From Anolis carolinensis (Eukaryota), in NCBI RefSeq assembly GCF_035594765.1, contig NW_026943823.1, forward strand, positions 20,893,842-20,957,841: 64,000 nt of DNA. The letters are read 5' to 3'. Both the position numbers and the translations under genes were made by a program. Shown piece by piece: positions 56,101 through 64,000 of the stretch. The notes under the pieces are model-generated. The model was given only the letters and a program-made list of their open reading frames with translations, did not search any database and was not told the DNA's origin. Position 1 is the stretch's first letter, and each line of letters starts with the position of its first letter.

Positions 56101-59100
56101 AAGGAAATCCACAGCCACAGAGGAACACGGTGAGCACAAGGCACAGGCTTCATTCTCTGTAAATCTGTGATAAACTAAGAGTTTGCCTTAAAAGCAGATC
56201 TTTAGGCATTTTCTAGGTCCTCCAGCATGACCCTGTGTTGTGCTTCCACCAGAAGTTGGGCAGAGAATTATACTGGGGGGCCTAGTGATGCCACAATGAT
56301 GGTGATACAGAGAAAAATAACTTACATGATAAAGCTCTAATGCTGTGCCCTTTTTTTCTTTCTGCGACAGAAGAGAATGATGAGGACGATGATGAGCTCG
56401 ACTCAGATTCGGATGTTGAAGAAGCCAAGAAGCCGAGGTACAGGCACCGCTTGCTGAGGCACAAGCTGACTATGAGCGACGGAGACTCCGAGGAAGAGCC
56501 AAAGGGGAAGTCTAAAGAGACCAAAGACTCGAAGCGCAAAACTAGGAGGAAAGGTACGGAATCTATGCATGTGTTTCATAACGAGCACCAATGGGGCTAT
56601 TAAGACAGCCATGTTGCATCCTATGAGATGACCAATCTGGCTTGTTCTCGTTGCTAGATGGAATGTCAGCACTTGTGCAAACATCACTGATTTAATTTCA
56701 ACCAGCAATTTGATTTAGGCCATAGCCTTCATACCTTGTTTTAATTGATATATTGTATTACTGTTTTATCTTTTTATAGTGTGATTTGTATTATGTTGCC
56801 TATATTTTGTCCTATGTTGTTTGGGCCTGCCCCATGTAAGCCACCCAGAGTCCCCGCGGGGAGATGGTGGCGGGGTATAAATAAAGTTTTATTAATATTA
56901 TTATTAACCAGGTCACCGCAGAACAAAAGCATTGTCTTCTCAGTTGTCTGCTTGGCAGAATGAATTTAGATGTGCTTTGAGCATGCACAGAGAGATCAGA
57001 GTCAGTGTCTTGAATTAAGCCCTTCAAGTTTGAACTGAGACACAGAGAGATTCACTGCCCCATTGAACTGAGATCCTTGCATGCACCTCATTCTGTCCAT
57101 ATGTGTGTGCGTGTTTTAATGTGTGTTTGTGTGGGCTGTGAACATAGATAAGACTGAATGCGAATGAGCTCAGATCGCAATTGTTCCTTTGTTTGATCCT
57201 GGGCAAAGGAGACACTACAAGAGTCTGCTGGGCGTGAGTGCATGCTGCTTTTATCGTATTCGGCTCAAACTCACATAGTTAATACTGTCTCAGATGTTGT
57301 TTCTGAGCAATGGGGAAAGCTTTGCCCCATGAGTGGTTTTTTTCCCATTTTTCCCAAATGCATCTCCCAATTTGAGTCATCTAGTTTCACAGCTCCCTCC
57401 TTTGCTCCTTCTTACCAGAATTTTTTACAGTTACATATATTGAGTATATATAGACAGGATAGCTTGGCAGACAATGGATAGACAATGATGCTGGGGAAAA
57501 TGGAAGGAAAAAGGAAGAAGGGCTGACCAAGGGCAAGATGGATGGATGTTATCCTCTAAATGACTGGTTTGACCTTGAAAGAGCTGGGGGTGGCAACGGC
57601 TGATATCATTCTCCTGAGAATTGTTGATATCTCCTCTATAAATAATGACATTGAAGCAGTAGAATTTTTCAAGTGAAAATAAAAGGTTATGGATGTGAGA
57701 CAGTATTTTCTTCTGTCCAGGAGAGTGTGGAAAAAGTCTATGCAGACATGTTTAGAGTGCAATTCCTTGCTTTCTTTGTGTGTTTTGCCTACAGCTTGTC
57801 CTTGTTTTAAGAAATAATGTCAGATATTTCTCAGTGTTTAGGCTTACAAATAAGATGCTACTTTTTTAAAACATACATCCTCTGCCTAATTGCTTGAAAA
57901 TATTACCTCTGGACTGTAGTGAAAAAATAAACCCTTTGAAACAGCTTTAGGTCGCCTTCCCTCTGCAGCCTTTTGCTGCTGTTTGTCTCCAGCATCTTTC
58001 ATCACAAGCTCATCTGAATTCTCCAGTTTTGGGTTTCAATACTGAAATTCATTTTTTTTCTCATTTACACATGCCAGCAGATGGCACCATTTCCCTTTCC
58101 TTGTCTTCTGTATTTGCTCAGAAAAGTATAGAGGCTGGGCCACACAGTGTGAGTTATCCTTACTGATAACTAGAACCTTTTATAGTCACTCTTGACTGTA
58201 CCTTATTCTCTTTTCTTCCTATGAAATTGTTAATAAATACTAGACATTTATCTAGTCATTTCTGTTTTGTTTCCTCTTCAAGTGAGCAGCGAGGACTCTG
58301 ATAATTCAGAAGAGAGCGAATCTGGGGTCAGCGAAGAAGTCAGTGAATCGGAGGACGACCAGCGCCCACGGACCAGGTACCAGAAATGACGGGAAGGGGA
58401 GGCCGGAAAGCCCCTCCATTGCCGCAATTAGGCTGCATTTTTCGGGTGTGGACCAAAAACGGCTGTTTGGCTACTTGCCCGTTTTTGGAAGGCGAGCAAA
58501 AATGGATCCGGGGGTCTCCCAGAATTTGGCAAGCAAAACAGATTGAGCTTCAGTCAAAAAGCACACATCTTCAAATCATACACAATTCAAGTACAGTTAA
58601 TAGTGAAATGGGCATTATCTAAATGCGTCTGTTGTCAGCAAAGTGAAGCAACCACTGTGCTGTAAACATCCCAAAATATTTGTTTTCCGATGGGTCCATC
58701 ACTCTGAACAATGACAGAGATTCCACTGTATCTGCCATGGAATCCTGGGGTTGGGAGTTTAGGGGGAGCATTTAGAATACGTTTCTAATAACTTTAGGGG
58801 TTTACATTGTTTGTTTTTAATACTGTAAATGTTTAATTCTGTTTTAATGTATGTTTTTAGGTTTTAAATTACAGTAGAGTCTCGCTTATCCAACGTAAAC
58901 GGGCCAGCAGAACGTTGGATAAGCGAATATGTTGGATAATAAGGAGAGATTAAGGAAAAGCCTATTAAACATCAAATTAGGTTATGATTTTACAAATTAA
59001 GCACCAAAACATCATGTTATACAACAAATTTGACAGAAAAAGTAGTTCAATATACAGTAATGTATATTGTAGTAATTACTGTATATGTATATGTATTAAT

Positions 59101-62100
59101 TACTGTATTTATGAATTTAGCACCAAAATATCACGATGTATTGAAAACATTGACTACAAAAATGCATTGGATAATCCAGAACGTTGGATAAGCGAGTGTT
59201 GGATAAGTGAGACTCTACTATACATTGTTTTGGTTTTATTGTGAGCTCTTTTTAGAGAGATAAAACAAAATAATAATAGGATAGTGCAGGCATGGACCAA
59301 CTTGGTCCCTCCCTCCAGGTGTTTTGAACTTCAACTCCCACGACTCCTAACAGCCTACTGGCTGAATTGTGAGAGTTGAAGTCCAAAACACCTGGAGAGA
59401 GGGACCAGGTTGGCCCTTGCCTGGACTAGTGCCTCTCAAAACTATAAATCCCAGAGTACCATGACATGGAACCATAGCAATTGTAGTTGAATGATGGCAA
59501 TATAACAATATGATGCAAATGGACCCCTAGTAGTTTAGCACACCATAATCCGAATGCAGAGGCCCAGCCCTCTTGCCTTGGAGCGCCCAAAGAGGCCAAT
59601 TCACAACTCGGAATCAGCAGGAAAGGTGCAGAGGCCATCCCTCATCAAGGTGATGAGACTGATTCACAGCAACAGCATGTTTTGCCTTTGCCATTTGGGA
59701 TACTGTGAAATAGGATGACATGCAAAAGCATTCAAGGAGCGGTCTTCCTTTATGGGCAAAAAAGTCTTCCTTTTTTCCAGATCAGCCAAGAAAGCCGAAT
59801 TAGAAGAAAACCAGCGCAGTTACAAACAGAAAAAGAAGAGGAGAAGGATAAAGGTCCAGGAGGACTCCTCAAGCGAAAACAGCAAGGTATGAGTGGACTC
59901 AGGCCCTTGGCACTAGTTCTGTGGCCTCAAGGAGGGTAGTTTTTGTTGGAAATAGCAACCTCCCAAGCCTTTCACTATTTATTTGTTAATGAATATATTT
60001 GCTAGCTTGTATTCTATTTGTATGTTGATTTGCCAGTTTAACTGTACCTCTTTGATGTGAGAGTGGTTATAGACATGTCATTGTACTGAGCATGTTCAGA
60101 CTCAGGACTTAATGTAAGGAATCTTGTAAACCATTGTCTCTGCTTAATGTACACACGTTGTTTCCCCCCCAAAAGTTCAACAGTTAATCATTGTCACAGT
60201 TCTTATCACAGTTCAGCAACTTTTAATTACAGTTCACGAGTGTAGTTAATGATTTTGTCCTTGCAGGCCTTCATTCCTTGGAACGGTGTCTTCAAAATTA
60301 TTAGGTCTCATTCATTCATTCATTCATTCATTCATTCCCACACCTATCAAATCCACAATTATCAAATCTGCACATCATATTTTCATGACACCAGGATTAT
60401 ATCATAAAACACATTACATATCTTCACTAACCAGGTATCAGAAGAAAAAAGAGGGGGAAATATAATTACTTATAGTAAGCAAATGACTATTTTGTTGTCT
60501 AACATTTATCTTAACGTTGGTCTTCTTTCTATCAATGGTTGGTAAGCTTAAGTAATGATTTGTTATCATCAGCAGTTTGGTCCTTCTTGGAATTGCTGCT
60601 AAGGATGTGAAAGGATGATAGACTCATGTCTTAACTGGTTTTCTCCTTTGTTTCGCAGAGTAATTCAGACGATGACGACAACGATGATTCCAAATCTCCA
60701 GGGAAAGGCAGGAAGAAGATACGGAAGATCATCAAAGACGATAAGCTCAGAACGGAGACGCAGAATGCACTGAAAGAAGAGGAGGAGAGGAGGAGGCGGA
60801 TCGCGGAAAGGGAGCGCGAGAGAATAAAGCTCAGAGAGGTACGTCAGTTTCCTCTAGATCACAGTAATAAGGGGATTTTCTGAGAAGTTTTAAGTGTTGC
60901 CGTTACTTCAGAATAATCCTGTCAAATGCAAGGGAGCTCATTGGAAGTATGGAAAGTGAAGTGTGGTATAATTATTATCCTGCTTTTTCTCTCTAAAGAA
61001 GAGACTCAAAGTGGTTCACAATCAAACCAATACAATACAATTTAAACCTATAAATATATAAACCTTAAAATGGAATTTAATATGAATAGTTATAACCAAT
61101 TAATGTGCTATTTGTAGCTGATATACCCATATTTAACTCAAGTCTAATGTGCCACCAAATCTAATGCGTACCTCAGTTTTCAAAAAAGATAAGGGTTAAA
61201 TTTGAGTAAATACAGTAATTGTAAGCCACCTGGTCTCAGAAATAATAGTGTACATAGTGTTAATAATAATAAATAATGTAAATAATAATACTTTCAGGAC
61301 AGAAGTGTGTGTGTTTCAGTATTATCATTACAATCAGCAATGTGTTGCTTGGTTGTCCCTGAAATTGCTTGATTTATTTGTGCAAACATCCCCCCCCCCC
61401 CCAACCAGGTGATCGAAATAGAAGACGCACCCGTTAAATGCCCCATAACAACAAAGCTGGTTTTGGATGAAGATGAAGAAACTAAGGAGCCCATCGTTCA
61501 GGTTCACAAACACATTGTGACAAAACTGAAGCCCCATCAAGTCGATGGTAAGGGAACAGGGCCCAGACGTTGGCCTTGAGTCTCTGTCTGCTCCCGTAGG
61601 TTTAAAGCTTTGAATCAATAGAGCTGGAGAGAAACCCCAGTGTCCTGTCACTGCTGACTTGAACTAAAGCTGTAGATGGGGAAATCGGTTGCTAATTGCT
61701 GTTTTCCTCCCCCCCCTCCCAACCCCCCCTTTTTTTCTAGGTGTTCAATTTATGTGGGATTGCTGTTGTGAATCTGTGAAAAAAACACGGAAATCTTCAG
61801 GCTCCGGCTGCATCCTTGCCCACTGCATGGGCCTGGGGAAGACCCTGCAGGTAGGTTTCCTTTCTCCTTCCACCTTCTTCCTGCCTATATGACCCTGTGT
61901 ATTACAATTATTGTGTTGTGGAAGGCTTTTATGGCCGGAATCACTGGGTTGCTGTGAGTTTTCCGGGTTCCATTTCCAGTGTTTTATAAGGGCATTAGGT
62001 ATCCCTTTTTGTTCTTGCAACAACTTTGTGAGATAGACTGAGACGTCATACTTAACTTCATAAATAGCTAATTTTTGAAATACCCTTTTTAAAAAAGCAT

Positions 62101-63598
62101 ATATATTAACACTTGATGTGTTTGGCTTTCTCTCTCTTGAAGGTAGTCAGTTTCCTCCATACCATCCTGTTGTGTGACAAACTGGATTTCAGGACCGCAC
62201 TTGTGGTTTGTCCCCTGAACACGGCCCTGAACTGGCTGAACGAATTTGAGAAATGGCAAGAAGGCCTGGACGACAATGAGAAGCTGGAGGTATGTTCTGC
62301 TCGAGATAAAATTCTCTTTCATTTCACAGTCAGTTGCCTTCTCCAGCCTTACTAATAATACAAGTTGAGCTTCCCTTATCTGAAATGCTTTGGGACCCAA
62401 AGTGTTTTGGATTTTGGTCTGTTTCTGATTTTGGAATCCGTAATGAGAGATCTTGGAGATGGGACTCGGAAGTCTAAACATGAAATTCATTTATATTTCC
62501 TATATGCTTTGTAGGCAGAAAATAATTCTATGCACTGTATTTTTAATGTGTGTGTACATTCAACTATCCAGCAGCAAGTGTGTCACACTCTCAGCCACAC
62601 AATTGGGGGAATTTTGGGTTTTGGAGCATTTCAGGTCAGGGTTGCTCAATCTTTAGTAAAACTTGCTTTGACGGTAGGAAAGATGTATTTCTCAAGTAAG
62701 TGACTTAAGAATCATCCCAGTGTGGGGAGTGCATTATTGGTTCATCTCCTCCTTGCCCTCCCTCCATGAAGGTGAATGAGCTGGCCACAGTCAAGCGGCC
62801 TCAGGAGCGAGGCTACATGCTGCAGCGGTGGCAGGATGAAGGCGGTGTCATGATAATTGGCTACGAAATGTACCGGAACCTGGCCCAAGGGAGGAACGTC
62901 AAGAGCAAGAAGCTAAAGGAGATCTTCAACAAATCCCTGGTCGATCCAGGTAAGCAGGACGTTCTGCAGGTTTGTCTTTTCCTCTCACTTCTGTTTCTTC
63001 TTAGCCTTCCTTGTATCTGGGAGACTCGTGGATCCTTATCTCTGTCAGGTAGCTATAGCTTTCCTGAGTGTATAGCGTTCCAAGCTTGATTTTGTCTTCA
63101 TATACCAGGAGGTGGCACTCTCTTGCCTGTGTTTCTAAACACACATTGAGAAAACCTCTGGGATTAACTCTTCAGTTGGACATTTTTAGAAACAAATGCT
63201 ACTGAACATGACCTGCTCTATCATGACTTTATGACTTTTGCTCACTTGCTTACTACACAACATCTCAAAACAAATGTTTCTCTTTGCATCTTGCACTAAA
63301 GGGGTGCAGACGGCAATGTTTTTTCTCTCTGTTGACAAAGAGAGTAGAGTTATTACTAGAGCAGGCCACACACAGATGTGACGTACTGGGCGGAAATCTG
63401 CAAAGGACATCTTTTTTGCAGAGACAATAAAGAGTCTTGTTTTCTTTCTTTAAAAACCAGGCCCTGATTTTGTGATCTGTGACGAAGGACACGTGTTGAA
63501 AAACGAGGCTTCTGCTGTGTCCAAAGCGATGAATTCCATACGATCAAGGAGGAGGATCATCCTCACCGGGACCCCGCTGCAGAACAACCTCATCGAAT
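31468..63598 (+). CDS. ATRX: Transcriptional regulator ATRX (SNF2-family chromatin remodeller), coding exons 1-20, 3' part outside the window
   Basis: join(31468-31487,38267-38379,39119-39174,40723-40775,41270-41394,42331-42450,44417-44526,45123-45190,46573-49214,50990-51071,55993-56129,56371-56553,58283-58376,59781-59886,60659-60838,61409-61547,61741-61850,62143-62289,62772-62949,63461-63598). All GT-AG with consistent phases. ADD domain, LVVKL HP1 motif, [20 protein letters not shown] motif, Walker A MGLGKT, DEGH box. Confidence 0.97.
31828..33668. repeat. Degenerate AT-rich tandem array (~12 units) built from an L2-like 3'-end motif
   Basis: Recurring TTTATATCC..CTTTTTCTCTCCATACGGAGACTCAAAGYGGCTAT units separated by (TTA)n-rich spacers. 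Confidence 0.75.
33131..33281. mobile_element. PIF/Harbinger-type MITE (second copy ~33668-33816)
   Basis: Long imperfect palindrome GGGCCCTTCCAGACAGGCCCTA...; 3-bp TSD TCA. Confidence 0.7.
38011..38071. mobile_element. Internally deleted Tc1/mariner MITE
   Basis: TA|CAGTGTTCCCTC...GAGGGAACACTG|TA. Confidence 0.75.
38267..38379 (+). CDS. ATRX: ATRX exon 2
   Basis: [24 protein letters not shown]... Confidence 0.95.
39119..39174 (+). CDS. ATRX: ATRX exon 3
   Basis: [19 protein letters not shown], 56 nt, phase-compatible. Confidence 0.88.
39840..40030 (-). mobile_element. CR1 3' end
   Basis: Reverse complement of the 21290-21490 CR1 3'UTR. Confidence 0.8.
40723..40775 (+). CDS. ATRX: ATRX exon 4
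   Basis: [18 protein letters not shown], 53 nt. Confidence 0.92.
41270..41394 (+). CDS. ATRX: ATRX exon 5
   Basis: [14 protein letters not shown]...MKSLPK. Confidence 0.93.
42331..42450 (+). CDS. ATRX: ATRX exon 6
   Basis: [24 protein letters not shown]...KKRG. Confidence 0.95.
42706..42840. mobile_element. hAT MITE
   Basis: CAGTGGTTCTC...GAGAACCATTG with 8-bp TSD TGCTATAA. Confidence 0.88.
44417..44526 (+). CDS. ATRX: ATRX exon 7 (ADD domain, GATA-like finger)
   Basis: [37 protein letters not shown]. Confidence 0.97.
45123..45190 (+). CDS. ATRX: ATRX exon 8 (ADD domain)
   Basis: [23 protein letters not shown]. Confidence 0.97.
45560..46400 (+). mobile_element. Degenerate non-LTR retrotransposon RT (clade uncertain) in ATRX intron 8
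   Basis: [16 protein letters not shown]; [17 protein letters not shown]; LLYADDMVL at ~46000-46027; internal deletions and frameshifts. Confidence 0.8.
46573..49214 (+). CDS. ATRX: ATRX exon 9 (ADD PHD finger plus large disordered region)
   Basis: [31 protein letters not shown]...; continues as ORF 46679-49318; donor after GFCQSS. Confidence 0.97.
49516..49650. mobile_element. hAT MITE (third copy 51726-51852)
   Basis: TIR CAGTGGTTCTCAA / TTGAGAACCACTG with 8-bp TSD GTCTAAAT. Confidence 0.9.
50990..51071 (+). CDS. ATRX: ATRX exon 10
   Basis: [28 protein letters not shown]|gtatga. Confidence 0.94.
51072..51276 (+). CDS. ATRX: Intron-encoded C-terminal tail of a truncated ATRX isoform (ATRXt-like read-through of exon 10)
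   Basis: Reading frame stays open for 67 codons past the exon 10 donor to TAG at 51274-51276 (ORF 51019-51276); appears to be the same intron that is retained in mammalian ATRXt. Confidence 0.6.
55993..56129 (+). CDS. ATRX: ATRX exon 11 (DAXX-binding helix)
   Basis: [26 protein letters not shown]... Confidence 0.96.
56371..56553 (+). CDS. ATRX: ATRX exon 12
   Basis: ...[24 protein letters not shown]...RRK. Confidence 0.95.
57478..57605 (+). mobile_element. RTE/BovB LINE 3' fragment
   Basis: [21 protein letters not shown] motif. Confidence 0.75.
58283..58376 (+). CDS. ATRX: ATRX exon 13
   Basis: [32 protein letters not shown]. Confidence 0.95.
58872..59220. mobile_element. Mariner MITE
   Basis: Same TIR family. 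Confidence 0.88.
59781..59886 (+). CDS. ATRX: ATRX exon 14
   Basis: [35 protein letters not shown]. Confidence 0.96.
60659..60838 (+). CDS. ATRX: ATRX exon 15
   Basis: [60 protein letters not shown]. Confidence 0.96.
61409..61547 (+). CDS. ATRX: ATRX exon 16
   Basis: [46 protein letters not shown]. Confidence 0.96.
61741..61850 (+). CDS. ATRX: ATRX exon 17 (helicase motif I)
   Basis: [37 protein letters not shown]. Confidence 0.97.
62143..62289 (+). CDS. ATRX: ATRX exon 18
   Basis: [49 protein letters not shown]. Confidence 0.97.
62361..62653. mobile_element. Old Tigger-like DNA transposon remnant
   Basis: TA|CAAGTTGAGC...CCCTTATCTGAAATGCT...GGTTGCTCAATCT. Confidence 0.55.
62772..62949 (+). 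CDS. ATRX: ATRX exon 19
   Basis: [37 protein letters not shown]...LVDP. Confidence 0.97.
63461..63598 (+). CDS. ATRX: ATRX exon 20 (DEGH box and motif III)
   Basis: [46 protein letters not shown]. Confidence 0.97.
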
Positions 63599-64000
63599 GT
63601 GAGTGCATTTCTGGGGAGAGCCAGGTGCCAAACTGTTGGGGTTTTTTGTTCAATATCAGGAGGCATTGTTTGTCAGACGTATTGTATTCTACCAGGCCTT
63701 TGAAGCATTAACGGTACCATGGTGCACAGGATTGTGGCCTTAAGACCTGTCCAGACTAAGGATCACTTTCTTTTAGACATGGCTCCTTTTGCAAAACACT
63801 TGAGGATACCAACCCATCCTTCATTTTTCCCCCTTTAGTTTTTATTCAGAAATAAAGAAAAAAATGAACAACAACACTAAGAAAGGCAGATTTTCACGGT
63901 CTTTATCGTGAAAACTGAACACCTATCTGGCTATCTACTATGACATATTACAAAACTAAATCAAAAGCAAACATACTAACCTCACATAAACCTACATGAA

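Overview
Vertebrate genomic DNA, very probably a squamate (anole-like lizard), inferred from the repeats: Sauria SINE, Penelope, R4/Dong, CR1, L2, Vingi, BovB, Tc1/mariner, hAT and Harbinger MITEs, and a Helitron. The window holds the conserved gene block found on mammalian Xq21.1. In order: (i) an orphan CpG promoter and first exon on the minus strand at ~10.5-10.8 kb, probably ATP7A by synteny; (ii) complete COX7B (3 coding exons, minus strand, 79 aa, not recovered by the ORF track); (iii) an intron-containing tRNA-Leu(CAA) gene directly upstream of the COX7B promoter, head-to-head; (iv) complete MAGT1 (10 exons, 332 aa, one U12-type intron); (v) the first 20 coding exons of ATRX (ADD domain, HP1- and DAXX-binding motifs, start of the SNF2 ATPase). 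The most notable non-obvious signals are an ATRXt-like intron read-through ORF with candidate intronic poly(A) sites, two candidate poison exons in ATRX (one inside a ~96-nt hairpin), minimal hammerhead ribozyme motifs in Penelope pLTRs, a GNRA-capped hairpin in the tRNA intron, a ~365-bp TA-bounded duplication around a nested MITE, and a young dimeric 46-bp minisatellite. There is a 182-N assembly gap at 15615-15796. I found no wholly new protein-coding system. All gene and repeat identities come from recognising sequence by eye, not from database searches.
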